DNA from: Octopus sinensis
Taxonomy: Eukaryota
Direction: 5' to 3'
Assembly: GCF_006345805.1 (NCBI RefSeq)
Contig: NC_043005.1
Span: 33,356,001-33,420,000 of the forward strand
DNA length: 64,000 nucleotides
The notes beneath the pieces were generated by a model. The model had not been told where the DNA came from. It did not search any database and saw only the letters and a list, made by a program, of their open reading frames with translations. The position numbers and the translations under genes were made by a program. Shown here piece after piece: positions 39,115 to 52,438 of the stretch (the first letter of the stretch is position 1; every line of letters starts with the position of its first letter).

Positions 39115-39541
39115 CTAACAGCTAAGCCCAGTTTCACCTGGTCAGCTTGGATGATGTGGCTGTAAAACCTGCTCTGTGTAAGCATTCAACTTGTTTGGGC
39201 ATGCTTACGTTACAAAACAATTTTAGAATGACTTTTTTCTGTCAAAGCGCTAAAAATAACTGACCAACAAAAAAAAAAACCAAGATTCAACTAAATCAAA
39301 AAATAAACCCAAATACTAAGCGAACAAAGATGAACCATCCCACTTCCATTGCACATGCACACACACACACACATTCACATACCCTACCTTTTACATACAC
39401 ATATATTCACACAGAGTTGAAATGCTGTTTGATTTATTTTTTCAGCATACACTACCAAGTATGATATCACCCCTTCCTTCCTTATTCATCTATCACCCCT
39501 TCCTTTCTCATTCATAAACTCAAGAGTATTATTATAGTAGA
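39115..39541 (-). mobile_element. Non-autonomous Helitron-like element
   Basis: Minus strand starts TCTACTATAATAATAC and ends with a hairpin-like CCAGGTGAAACTGGG followed by a CTAG-like end (TTAG). Confidence 0.55.
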
Positions 39542-40046
39542 TTATCTCAGTAACCATGGGAGCTATGAAAAAATACAAAGCCCAGCATCGCCCACTGGAT
39601 CATTCTACACATCTGTGTAATTTTTCATGCAATTCCACCCAGCTGTTTGACCAAGAATCCCAAGACAAGAAAGAATCATCCATGTCAAATTTGTGTGTGT
39701 GTGTGTGTGTGTGCATATATGTATGTATAGAAGGTGAAAACACAACATGGCATTTGAAATTGAGCAAAATTTCTGTGGGCAATGTTGCAATTTTCTTTCA
39801 GCAAAACCACCACCACCACCACACCACATCAGTTAACATCTTTGTTCCATGGATGATGACAATGATGATTTGGAGAAGGGGGAACATGACTGTGTGTCAG
39901 TATATATAAGTAATAATATAAAAGATCTTGTATCTTCCTGGCATTGTCATTCAACAGACATTACACTGATGTCATTTGTCTGGATTCCATTTACAACCAA
40001 GTACACTAGACCATTGCAAGTTGAAGGTATGACATTCAGAGCTTAC

Positions 40047-40107
40047 CTAATGCTATACGAGTCTCAGCTTCCCTCACATGTTCTGCAATTTCTTTAGGGT
40101 TGGTCAC
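40047..40107 (-). CDS. LYRM1: LYRM1 coding exon 2 (61 nt)
   Basis: ttcattaccag|GTG ACC AAC CCT AAA GAA ATT GCA GAA CAT GTG AGG GAA GCT GAG ACT CGT ATA GCA TTA G|gtaagc = VTNPKEIAEHVREAETRIAL. Phase 0 in, phase 1 out; matches the LYRM1 helix before LHY. Too short for the ORF track. Confidence 0.9.
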
Positions 40108-41349
40108 CTGGTAATGAAGTAACAAATAATCACAGTGAAATATGCTATCAGTGAATGGAGATCAATAGTCAATCATTTCAAATAAAGACTAAAGATTAAT
40201 GGTGTCTAAAATATAGATCATTAGTCAACAGTTTTCTATGAAGAGCTACTAAAGATCTTCAGAAAAGTCAAGTGAAATTAGCCAAGTTCAGTTTCATTTA
40301 TTGCTAATGTTAACTTCAGGTCAACCCTGATTCAATACAATTATGATTAAAAGTATTCCAACCATGACCATTATGCCTAAGTTCAAACTTTGGTGTATCT
40401 AACACTACATTATTCAATTTATTTTTCCATTTATTTTCAAACTGTAGACAGACAGAAAGCACATGTATGTGTGCATCATCATCATCATCATCATTTAATG
40501 TCCAAGTTCTATGCCAGCATGTCTGTGAGTTTTTGGTTATCACTTCTATTTCCCTCATTACCAAATTCAACATTACCATCGTCATTATCTTCACCATCCT
40601 CATAATCACTTTTATTTCCATTTACCAATGTGCTGCTCTCATTATTTCAATACAACCATCTCCTGTACCAGTTATATATCATGACACTGAGGCAAACTGG
40701 GAATTTAATGTGGTATATGAACCATTCAGATACTACATTAAATCCCCAGTTTTACATCAAGAGACTGGTGATAGCCAGTCTCTTGATGTAAAAAAAAAAA
40801 TGGAGCAAAAAGAATAAAAGAAACTAATAACAGAAAGGGTTCGGATCTAGAAAGGATCTAACTGTATTTTTCTCAGATACTATTATCATTTCTAATTTCA
40901 TCACAAAAACCTGATAATTAATTAAAAACAGAACAGTTTACTTCCGCAGCCAGATGACATCAATCGAATAGCAACTTCGTATTAGGTCAGCATGACCCGA
41001 AATAATAGACGTAACAATTTAAGGGGAACGACTCTGAAAAATATTTCATTTAGAGTTATTCCCCTCAAAGTTTTTATTGCTATATAACTACCGGTAAAGC
41101 GATTTCAGATTACCTCCCATTCACATATAACCCCTACCACCACCACCATCACCGTGATAGCAAATAAGGAGATAATGGGTGAACCCATTAAATGTATGTG
41201 TTGATGTTTATTGTGTGTGAATGCGTAATGTACATTTGTAAATGAAATGGAAAGTAATGTAAAGTAAAGAGAAAGTCGGAGCTTTCATTTAGTTAGAGTT
41301 TTCACTTAGTTACTTAAAGCTGAAGAAATTTGAAAGAAGCATATCCAGA

Positions 41350-42660
41350 ATGGCTACTTTTAGTACACAAGATAAATCTGACAACAGTGATTTTATATTT
41401 GATTATTTTGTTAACAACATTTCATATGTCCAAAAACGAAAAGGCAAACCTTCGTAGGTTCTCTAAGTGTTATGTTGCATGGAGTGGTTAACTCTACTAT
41501 CAACACAGAGCAGAAAGAATAAGAAATTCTGAAAATGAATACCGATAAGTCTTGGTCATTCGCAATCCAGATGAACAGAAGAGTATTATTTCAAGTATTC
41601 ACATGGGCTATGGAGATTGGGATACTGCCTGCTGCTTGGAAAGTCATCTTAGTGTCGACAGAACAAGGGCTAAAATTTTAGAGAGATTTTATTGGAAAAT
41701 TGTGGGCAAAGACACAAAAGAGTTTGTTTTGTCTTGTGATCGATGTCAAAAAGTGAACCCTGTTCACAAAATTAATGTTGAGGAGCTTCATCCTGTTCCT
41801 GTGCCAAATGAAGTGATGGCCCAAATTGGTGTTGATATCACCAATTTGCTGAAAACAGATGATGGCTATTGTTGCATTGTTGTTGCAATAGATTACTTAT
41901 TCAAATGGCCTGAGACTCGACCTTTTAAAGATCACACGGCTGAAAGTTTGTCTTTGAGGATGTGATTTGTCGGCATGGCTGTATAAAAATTCAGATAAAT
42001 GACCAAGGAAGGGAATTTGTAAGCAGAGTGTCTGCAGAACTACATGAACTGACAAGAACACAGCAGCACATAACAAGTGCTTATCACCCTCAAGCAAATG
42101 GCCTCATGGAGTGACAGAATTGCACTATAAAAGATGCTTTTATCAAAATCCCTTGAGGACTGTGGCAACTGGGTTGAATGCTTACCAGCAATTCTGTTTG
42201 TATAGTGAACAGCCAAACATTCTTCAACATATTTTACCCTGTTTCGAATTTTATACAACAGGCAAGCTACACTCCCATTTGAACTACAGCACAACCCAAC
42301 TGCCAAAGATCGGGACAGTTTTGGAAATGATCAATCTATATCCAGAAAAATTGATGTTATGACAGCTATTTGGGACAGTATGATTTCTCAAGTTGCCTCC
42401 AATATCAGAATAGCTCAGTCCATTCAAAAAGAACAATATACTAGAAAACATGAGCAAAAGCAGTTCAGTATTGGAAATAAAGGTCTCCTCAAAAACCGAA
42501 TTCGAGAGGACAGAAAAGGAGGACATTTTATGGAACATCGCACAGGTCCTTACACTGCTGCAGAAGTTTATGGCAAAAATACCTATTGGCTTTTGAATAA
42601 TAATAAAGTACTAGAAAAGAAGTAAATGCTACCAACCTCACTCAATATATTGAGCAACCA
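41350..42660 (+). pseudogene. Ginger/GIN-type DDE integrase (transposase), disrupted
   Basis: KANLRRF..LYY N-terminal motif, H2C2 zinc finger (IH..SHL..RFYW..CDRCQK), QIGVDI, NDQGREF, SAYHPQANG, C-terminal GPY module. Multiple frameshifts; no gag/RT/RNase H or LTRs seen nearby. Confidence 0.8.
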
Positions 42661-43559
42661 CCAGCAATTAAAAAACGAAAAACAAATTACAAACATCAAG
42701 ATACTCAAGCTCCAAACTAAAAAAAAAATAATAAACTGCAGTGATGTTTTAATGTATATAAATACATTTTGTTACCAATTTAAAGTTTATAAATAAATTT
42801 TGGTCTGTATATAAAACACATATCGTTCTTCTCTTATCATTACATTCTGTCAACTCAACTCAGTCCACAATAAACTATATATATCTGCTACATATCTGTA
42901 GAAAAAAAGTATTCTAATCCAAATCACTTCCCCATTAGCAAAAAAATGTTTCTATTTTAAAAAAATTGCAAATACAGAATCTCTGATATTTGACATATTT
43001 TTTCCAGCACATCATAAAAGTGAATTAAAAAAATCTAATGTTTTTGTCTTATTTTCATATTTTAGAATTAGTTTACAATCTTGAATGTAATCCATATTTA
43101 ATGTTATAAAAATATCAGGTGTTGTAAGTCTTAGAGTTTATTATTTTAGCAAAATCATTGAGGGGCTAATCAGCCAGAAATTATTGTTACGAAAATGAGG
43201 TCACAGAAGAAGGCACAGATACTTTACACAAAATTTCCTGCCATTACTATTCTTCTAAGGTAGAGAACTGGCAGAATCATTAGCAGACCAGGCAAAATGC
43301 TTAGTGGCATTTTGTTCAGCTTTAGGTTCCGAGCTCAAATTCTGCCAAGGCTGACTTTGTCTTTTATCCTTTAAGACTTGATAAGATAAGTGCCAGTTGA
43401 GTAATTGACTAATCCCTCACCTGAAATTGCTGACTTTATGCTAACATTTAAAACGATTAATATATTTCTGACTTCAAATCTAGATGGGTTTGACAAAATC
43501 CATATTTAACTAAAGCCATAATAACCCCCATCACACTTTTCCTTTCAAATGAATTTGTT

Positions 43560-44320
43560 GTGTCAAATGAAAAAAAAAAAATTATATTGTCGGTGGCTAA
43601 TGAGGCTGATTCTGGCATAGAAGCATCTGTTGCAAAGTTCACAAGGGATCCATGATGGAGGCATTGGTTGTTGCAGCCTTCATTTTCTTTCTTGTCATTT
43701 CTCTTCCTCTTTCTCCTGTCGTTCAGCTTCAAAATGATCTGTTACAGTGGAGATGGAATGATGCCATCCAGGACTGTCCTGATCTTCAATGCTCCAGGCT
43801 TTGGGATCGATTCCAGTCATTTTTAGGCTTTGCTTCAGCTGATCCTTGTTTCAATAGAGGGGACGGCCACGATGTCTTCTTGCAGTGGAAAGTTCTCCAT
43901 ATAAAATTTGACGCGGCAGCTTGCTTTCTTTTAATCTTGCTACATGGCCGCCCATCTCAGACGATGTTTCAGGATGGTAGCCTCAATGCTACTGCTATTC
44001 GTTCTCTACAAAACGAAGGCATTGTACGTATAGTTATTCTATTTAATATTCATAATAGTGCGGAACTTCTGTTGGTGAAATCACTCTAGTTTTTTTATGT
44101 CATTTCAGTAAAGAGTCCAGGTTTCACAACCACAGAGGAGAGTGGAGATCATAACTACTTGGTAGACAATTTTGTTTTGTGGTTCAGATCTTTGTTCTGA
44201 AAGACCCTTTTTGGAAGTCCACCAAACACATTGTGAGCCACTCTTAATCAGTTCTCCATGTCCTCTTCTGATGTGCACTCATTCAAAAGCAAACTCGATC
44301 CAACAAAATCTATATATTTT
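43560..44320 (-). mobile_element. Degenerate RTE (BovB-like) LINE C-terminal fragment
   Basis: Minus-strand remnant KDQLKQSLKMTGIDPKAW..FEAERQEKEEEK resembles the RTE ORF end. Confidence 0.6.
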
Positions 44321-44422
44321 GTTGTTTATTTAACTGTATTTTCTGAGAAAATACAGTTTGCAACTTAGTTGTAATTCTCAATCACAGTTTCAATAGTTAA
44401 TTTAATTGCTGGTTTTCATTAA

Positions 44423-45322
44423 ATGAGATGGTGTCAAAAAGTTCCCAGACTAGTTATGTTTAATGAAAAAATAAGTTATTTACCTAAGTTTTAACATCAC
44501 CTTTGTAATAGTCACCTTCTGCAGCAATACACCAGACACAGTGTCCCTGCCACTTTTGGAATCTGGCCTGGATGTTGTTTTCTGTGAGTTGAGGACCTTC
44601 TGCAATTCACTCTGGATCTCAACAAGTGTTAAAACAGCAACCATTGAGCTGCATTTTTATTTTGGTGTAGAGATGGAAGTCTACAGGTGCTAAATCTGGC
44701 AAATAGGGCAGGTGTGGAGGGATACCATGCTGTTTTGGGCAAGAAACTCACAAGCAAGGAGAGCTCAGTGACAGGGTGCATTGTTGTCATAAAGAATCCA
44801 AGTCTTTGTCTAACTCACGTCCAGTCGCTTTTGTTGAATGTCTTTCCTCAAATGCTTCAAAATGTCATTAATTGTTCTCCAACGGTCCTCATGCACAAGC
44901 TGATGAATTTCTGGGGGTGATGCTTGTGACAGGTCTTTCAGATAGCTCATCATCTTCCAGGGATCTTCATGTTTTTGAAGTACTCATGCTTTATAAAACA
45001 TTGCATACAACCCATTGCCTCATTGCCATAAGCTTGCTGAAGCATGCTTAATGTTTCTGTAGCAGACTTTCCAAGTTCAACGTAAAATTTCATGTTGGCT
45101 CTTTGTTCCAACTTCCTGTCCATGACAAAAATTGCAAACTGCAGCAAACACATGATCCCAAAAACACAAATTCCACAACTTGCAAAGTGAAAACAGCAAT
45201 GTCACTTGATATACTGCCTCATGAAGGACACTGCTAGTTCTCACTGCACATGCAACCATTTGTTGTGAACATTTGTTGGTGAACTACAGAACTAGTCCTG
45301 GAACTTTTTGGTATCCCCTCAT
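44423..45322 (-). mobile_element. Internally deleted mariner, same family as 36868-38768
   Basis: TIRs GAGATGGTGTCAAAAAGTTCCCAGACTAGT / ACTAGTCCTGGAACTTTTTGGTATCCCCTC; MDRKLEQRANMKFYVELGKSATET N-terminus. Confidence 0.85.
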
Positions 45323-47730
45323 ATAATATCTGTAAATTTTTGTTCGTCAACAAATTTGTTGGAAGAATGTGTGGAGTAAGTTCAACATTTTGAAAAACTG
45401 GTAAAGATTAGCAACACGAAGGGCACCCAAGTGCAAAACAATGCTTAAGATATTTATTTCACATGAGAGAGTCAGTTGTTTATAACAATCCACAATCAAA
45501 GATATTTTTCAACCAGAGGTCAGTTCAATTGAATTCAAGAATAATAGAAGTAATGATTTACAGCAAAATCTTGGGAGTGGATTTGGAAGACAGAAACTGA
45601 AAGAAGCCTCCTGTGTGTGTGTGTCTTGATATCCCCCCAGCAGTTGTAAATGAGTGTCACTGTCATACAAGTGATATCTTTCATTTCCAATCTTACACGA
45701 AAACATGTCTAGCCGGAAGTATTCATTATCCTGCTTGGAAACAGGTGGGGACTGGCAACAGGGAGGGCATCTGGCCATACAAAATCTTCAAAGAAATATG
45801 CTTGATCCATGCAAGCATGTAAAATGTCAACATTAAGACGATAAATATTATCATCACCATCATTAGCATGGACATTTAACATAATCATCTCCCTAGCTCT
45901 TGATGGTTCACCACTGATGCACTTACACGATACAGTTACCAATTCCTATTTGTTCTTTTAAATAAGTTTCATACTTTTTACAGATGTTTTAGTTTATCAA
46001 GCTAAAGCTACCAAATTATGTCCCTTCTTATAAGTTACTTACCTTTACTAATCTAACACACCCTTTCTTTTCCTTAAGCATGTAAATTAATTTTATCAAA
46101 TTAATTGTTAAGTTATTAAAATTATCTTCCCTTTACTTTAAAACTCCACAACAGTTGCCGCTAGATTTTTGATTTCCTTCTCCAGCTAAGAGAGAAAATT
46201 TCAATAAATTGTAAATATTTTGTATATACCATTATTCAGTACATGACATTTTAGTTTATATATCTTTCAGCATCTTACATCTTCACCCTATAAATCTATC
46301 TCATGCCATTTATATATCTTTCACGTCTATATCTTGCCCTGTCGTATCTGTTTTTTACTTGCCAACCTCTCCTCCAATTGCATACAAAGTTAATCCAGTG
46401 TAATTCTAAATTTATAAGTAAAACTAAAATATTATTGATAGGTAAACAATTAAGTGAAACAGTTCCAGCTGGGAATCAAAACCAATTTGTTGAGAACTTT
46501 ATAGAAAGGTTCATTTTATGTATGTTTTTGTTTGTTTGTTTTTTTCTCCAAATTTTTACAAGAAGTTTCATTCCTATTCAATGATCTATTTGGACCAATA
46601 TTCTCATCTTGGTTATTAGAGCCACAATGATTCTACCAATTTTGTACATTGTTGGCATCATTCTTCAAGGATTTACCATATTTAGTGACAGTCAGGGAAT
46701 GTTGAACCAGATCATAAGAGCACACTGTTCCCATTCTGCCGTCCATACCTGTATTAGTTATTCTTGTATAAGTTGTTCAGTACATTCATTTCTTGTTTCC
46801 TCATTCAATGTTGTTCAGATTCCAGAAATAAAGTTCAAAAGGATTTTTTAAAAATTGAATTGCTATAAGATTGTTGGTCTTTGATAAACAATAATAAATT
46901 CATCAATATGTTCTTATGCTACAAGAGTTCAAAACACACCCAGCTCTTCTCTGAACTAACAAAGGGACTTCTATATGGTCACTTGAATTGCTAAGAATAA
47001 CAAACTCCCTCATACCACACCTTAATGTCTTAAAAATGGAAAGATATTTTGGAGAGAGATACTACACCTGCAAAAAAAAAAATAGGATAGTCACATTTAA
47101 AATACCTTTGATCATAGGTCTACTGGATACAAGTCACTTCAAAGTTAAACAATCCAAAGGTGTTCTTAATTCAGTGCCACTACATTACAGCAAATTTTTA
47201 GAAAAAAACACTATCTTGGCTGGTAGATTTAATCCAATATCTAGATTAACGTTACCATCTAGTTCTTGGCTGCCTTTCATAGAATCAACTCTGTTGCAAG
47301 CACTTGGGAATAGGTCTCTAGTTTGAGAATTGTTTCCTCTCTACCTCCCACCAACCAAAGCCCAACCATCTTTCTCCTCCTCCTCCTCCATCAACCATCA
47401 AGCAATTTCTCTCTCTCTCCAATTAACCAGAGCCAAGCCGTTTCTCTGGACTAAAGGATGAACAAAAACTACCTACCCTTGACGTGGATGAACTCACTTA
47501 TTTAATATTAAATGTTCTGAGAATAAATAATGAAACATTTACAGACCTGAGCTCACAACAAATGAATTATTAACTAAAACCTTACCCCTTTGACTGGTTT
47601 GTCTGTTCACCTTGCATTTAAACTTTATGAAAAATGAAACTACATTGTTTTTCTTTTAAGCTACATTACACACAGTAGTACTTATAATCTTAATTAATCT
47701 TCAAATGAATCCTTTCTTTACCATACTTAC

Positions 47731-47883
47731 ATTTTTGTTTTCACGAAACAGAGTGCATGCTTCATTAAAGATGTACTTGCGTTCCTCTTGTGTGTCTTGC
47801 AAGTTTCCGGACAAGGACTGCCATTCTCTAGACATACGTAGGATTTGTCTATACAGAGACAGCACTGTTCCTCGATGGGACAT
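47731..47883 (-). CDS. LYRM1: LYR motif-containing protein 1, first coding exon (exon spans 47731-47924 including 5' UTR)
   Basis: Translates MSHRGTVLSLYRQILRMSREWQSLSGNLQDTQEERKYIFNEACTLFRENKN (LYR motif, downstream F). Closely parallels the LYRM1 N-terminus as I recall it (VLGLYRSIFRLARKWQATSG..YILNEARTLFRKNKN). Phase-0 donor GTAAGT at 47730; pyrimidine tract plus AG acceptor at 47925-47926. Confidence 0.93.
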
Positions 47884-48013
47884 TTCCTTCTCCCTCACAA
47901 CACTCTTTTCTGGACTTAAACAGCCTAGTTGAGGAGTAATTAAAGAAAAAGGTAAACATTCAAAAGACAGAAACTAAAAAATAGCCAAAATCATTTGTCT
48001 GTTACTCTGATAG

Positions 48014-48053
<40 letters not shown>

Positions 48054-48528
48054 ATGTGTGTGTGTGTGTGCATGTGTGTGTGTGTGTGTGCGTACGTGCG
48101 TGTGTGCACGCGTGCGTGTGTATGTGTGCATGCATGCACACACACATACATTCACATATGTGCCCAACTATCCTCCTACTATTTTAAAAAGCTTATTCAG
48201 TAACATTAGTAACAAATCTCAGACATATCCTACACTCAAGAATCCATTCAAATATTGCTCAATCATTCCTGCATCCTATAAACTTCTCAGAAATCATAAA
48301 TTCAAAATTTTTTTTAGAAGCAGTTTTAAGATAAGCTACACATCTTCTGAAAACTTCACCACCACCTTAGCCAGAATTGGTAAGAAAAATCTGACACACC
48401 AAAATGTACAAACCATACTACTTCTCACTATTTCAACTGTTTTGCCACAGATAGCTGCCCACAAAATGGTAAATGTCTTCAAGAAAACATAGTGATCTGC
48501 ACAAAGATATCTATTGGAAATAGCAGTC

Positions 48529-50382
48529 TCTAGGTATATAAAATTAGTTGTTTGTTTGTCTCCTATGCACTCAAAAACCAGTTGATCAATTGTGCTCAAA
48601 CTTGGTATGCGAATTCCTTAGACTCAGGATTCAGTTTTGCACAAATTTCAGTCCTGTCCATAGACCATGGAACTGGTTGGAGGTCATATTTTTGGCCCTA
48701 TCAATAAAATAGAAAAAAATGACAGGAAAAAAACCTCTGAATTCCTCCAAAAGATTAATGACCATGTGAAAAAGGCTTTGTATAGTCGAGTTTCTTCGAC
48801 TTGAAGACACGAGACAAATTAGGCCCAATGACTTAAATTTTGGAAAAAATTAAAACTTTCAAGCTTTTTCATTTTCAGAGGTGTGTTGAAAATGAGTACT
48901 TACTTCATTCTATAGGTATAAAAAGTTTTAAGCCTTGATCAAATACCTAAAGATATATGATTCAAAATCTTATACTGAAGGTATATAATAAAACAAGTCT
49001 GAACTTATTTTTATAAAGTATAAAATGTAGAATATGTTGAATTTCATTATCAGTATAATTTCAAACTTAAATAGTGTCACATCCTCTATGTTGTTCAGAT
49101 AGATAATAGTGACATTAGAACCCCCAGGAAAAAATGCCACCAAAGAATAGACCTTCATTTGGAAGAAAGACTTCTAAAGTTTTAGCAAAGCAGCTACAAA
49201 GGAAGAATGAAACTGACAAGCAGTAACAAGAAAGATTACAAAAACAAAGAGAGAGAACAGCAAAATACATGCAAAATGAATCAGAAGAACAAAGATTAAA
49301 AGGTTTGCTGATGATAGGGCAAGGAAATCAACTATGCATCAAGAGGAGTCAGATGTACGAAGATCATCTAGACTTCAATACCAAAGAATTAGCACCACAT
49401 GAAATAAAGATGTTGAATCAGATGTACTGAAAACATCAAAACTTCAAGAACAAAGAATAAGAGGTGCACAGAATCAACAGAATGAATCAGATGTACAAAG
49501 AGCATCAACATTTCAAGAGCTAGGAATAAGAAATACACAGAATTAACATGAGGAATCAGATGAGCAAAAATGATGTAATGGTACAAGTTTAATTGTGTAC
49601 AAACTTATGATGAAATGCATTGAGGCAAACATTCTCACTGGTTGTGGTAAAGGGGAGACCGTCTTCATTCCTCGTATACCAGTTATACCATCTAATGTCA
49701 CATTCCAATTTAAGCAGTTACAGTTTCGTTTGCCATGAGCATTAATAAAAGTCAGGGCCAAATACTAAAAGTTGCTAGATTGCAACTTGGACAACCATGG
49801 TTTTCACAAGGCCAACTTTATGTAGGAGCATCATGTGTAGGAGCAAAAGCAAAACTTTTTGCTTATGCACTCCAAAATAAAACAAAAAACATTCTTTATA
49901 AAGAAATATTCACTCTTAATGCAACATGAATACTTCAATAACTTAATTTACCATTATTATCATTATATTCAAGAATGAGTAAACTACCTATTTAAATGAA
50001 CTGTATTATACAATTGTCATTATTGTATTGATAAATAAAATAACACATACAACTCATTTATTATTATCATATAATAAACAAACAGAAATTCATGTATGAA
50101 ATTGATTTTTTTCTACTTCAGTTATTACGTTTTTCTCTTATAACAATATTATATAATTGCCGTTACTGTATTGATAAATAAAATCAACACATACAACTCA
50201 TTATTGTCATATAATAAACAAACGCAAGTTCATGTATGAAATTGATCTTTTTCCTACTTCAAATATTATTTTTCTTATAAAAATACACACATACAGGAGG
50301 GGTAAATTATATCTATAATAATACTTTAAATGTGGCTCCCAAGAAACAAAATTACCCGATCAACGACGGGTATTACTGCTAA
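48529..50382 (+). mobile_element. Internally deleted Helitron
   Basis: 5' TC..TATATAAAA. N-terminal ExEEQR..RL repeats (49135-49570) joined to Pif1 helicase C-terminus (VFIPRIP, SINKSQGQ, FSQGQLYV, TKNILYKE). 3' hairpin CCCGATCAACGACGGG then CTAA. Confidence 0.85.
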
Positions 50383-50887
50383 TTTATAATATTATCATCG
50401 TTGTTTTAATGTCTACTCCATCTCGCATAGATCAGATAGAATTTAATAAGGCAGGTTTTCTACAGCCAGATGCTCTCCCTGTGTTTCAACTTACACCAGT
50501 TTCCAGCCAAGCAATACTTCTCCATGTCTAAACATGTGTAAACATCTTAAAACCCTTTAAAATATATGACAGTCGCAGTTGGAATGCTTTTAATCGTAGG
50601 TCTGCTTCAATCGAATTGACCTGGGGTTAAATAACCAGAGAGAGAGAGAAGGAGACTGTTTCTACTACTACTACTACAAATATTGTGTATAAGTCAAGTT
50701 AATAAAATTATGGACATTCTCAGTTTTAACCCGTTCACTTTGAATTTTCAAAATTCTTTTTATTGTAATTATATTGAAAGCCAGCAGCATCTGGTAATTT
50801 CTATTACAGAGTTTAAATAAAGTCTCGTCTTAGAAACTGACGAAGTAAATATATTTTTAACCATTGCCTGAACGTCTTACATCTCAC

Positions 50888-51000
50888 CTTGAGGGTTGTG
50901 TTACAAACATGACCCAACATAGCAAGCAAGCGAAAACACGAGACAAAAGTTTAAAGGTGAAGTCATGTGGACGTTTGAAAAGTCTCTGCCGACAACTCTG
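50888..51000 (-). promoter_or_regulatory. Candidate non-coding first exon / promoter-proximal region of LYRM1
   Basis: The ATG exon has a splice acceptor, so an upstream exon is required. Minus-strand donor AAG|GTGAGA at 50887 lies in non-repetitive, locally CpG-richer sequence. The upstream boundary is a guess. Confidence 0.3.
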
Positions 51001-51875
51001 AATATATTCTCTTAAAATGTTAAAATATATATATATATTGATTCTGGTGTTGTATTTTAAACAAGGTACAGAACATACCTGTTTGTTTTGCATGACAACA
51101 GATTCGATGAAGAAATGAAATACCTTAATGTCTCGGGTGAGATAAGAAATTTAAATACATTATTGAACTGTAAATAAAAAAATAAGTTAATTTCCCAAAT
51201 TAATAACAGTCTAGCTTAAAACTAACCTCAAAATTTGATGTTATTCGTCACATTCCAAAACTATCTCGAAACACATGTCATAACCGGTGTTTTATTATTA
51301 ATAAACGCCGTAATTTTATTCCGGGAATTTTATTGGCATAATGAACGACTTCATTTAGATTTTTTTTTTATGAAGAAATTTAGTTAATATATGTTGACTA
51401 TATACTTTCAATAATTACTTGATATCATCTGAAAGATGTAGCAGATACAGTACTATTTGTTATGCTCATCATTTTCTGCTATATAGAGATATTTCACGCA
51501 GGAGGGGTTGCTTCAAACAGTTGCAATTTTTTTTTTATTCAGTCAATTAACAAAAACATTCCATTTATCAACACATTAAGAGGAACATATTCAAAATCTA
51601 TACTGTCAATATATAAGTGTTCATTATCATCCGAGAAGGAAACTACCAACTCAAATTCCGAATTGAACACAATTTGTAGGCAGACTTCCTTTTCCCTACA
51701 TTGAGAGGGGGAACAACTTTGATGATCTTAGCAACCATTTCTTGTATTCTTTGGCAATGCCTCTCATGACGACAGATTTGCTTATATTGTGTGACTTCCC
51801 TTTGAGATAGTACCAAAATGTTTTAATACTGTTGTATAATAATGTAGTTTGATACAGTTTAATAATAATTATGAT

Positions 51876-52438
51876 AACGGCAATCTCCCCTATTTTTTAC
51901 AAAATTATTTTCCTAATCTATTTATGACAATAGGAAGACGATGAAAAAACGGTTAATTACGACTTCAAAAACCCGGCCACAAAAAAAAGTGTAAAAGGTG
52001 TAAAAACTGTGTATTAAACGGATATGAAAAAAATTTACGCCAACGAACCGGGAGGTGGAGAGAGGACTTTCGGAGAATTACCTCGGATTTTTCGCGTGCA
52101 ATCAAGTAATCCTAACCCTAAAACCTTAACCCTAACACCCTAACCCTAACACCTTAAAACCAGTACAAACGCGCGAATGATGTCATAAATAACAGGGACA
52201 AACGAAAAATACACCGCCGATAGTTGTTGTTGACAAACAACAGCAGTAATTTTATTCAGCTGAATACACGTCATTGATTGGTTGAAATTACCGAAATACG
52301 ATAACTTTAACGTGAAATAACTTCGTAAATATGTTTTTCTCAAAAATGCTGAGAGTAAAAGATATTTTATATGACACATTCTACCAGTGTCCGAAGTTTG
52401 AAAGTGTTTAGTTACAAAAAATTATTTTTAAATCTGTA
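51876..52438. mobile_element. Unclassified interspersed repeat containing degenerate (CCCTAA)n
   Basis: CCTAACCCTAAAACCTTAACCCTAACACCCTAACCCTAAC at 52111-52150 inside a CpG-retaining block with weakly inverted ends. Confidence 0.45.

Noticed and set aside
43652-44089. 145-aa plus-strand ORF with signal-peptide-like start
   Set aside because: Antisense to a degenerate RTE fragment.
45950-46850. Possible LYRM1 exon or LINE endonuclease remnant
   Set aside because: Stops in all minus frames and no recognisable motif; exon 2 was found at 40047-40107 instead.
47701-47730. ORF-track extension VSMVKKGFI* of the LYRM1 exon
   Set aside because: Read-through into the intron beyond the GTAAGT donor.
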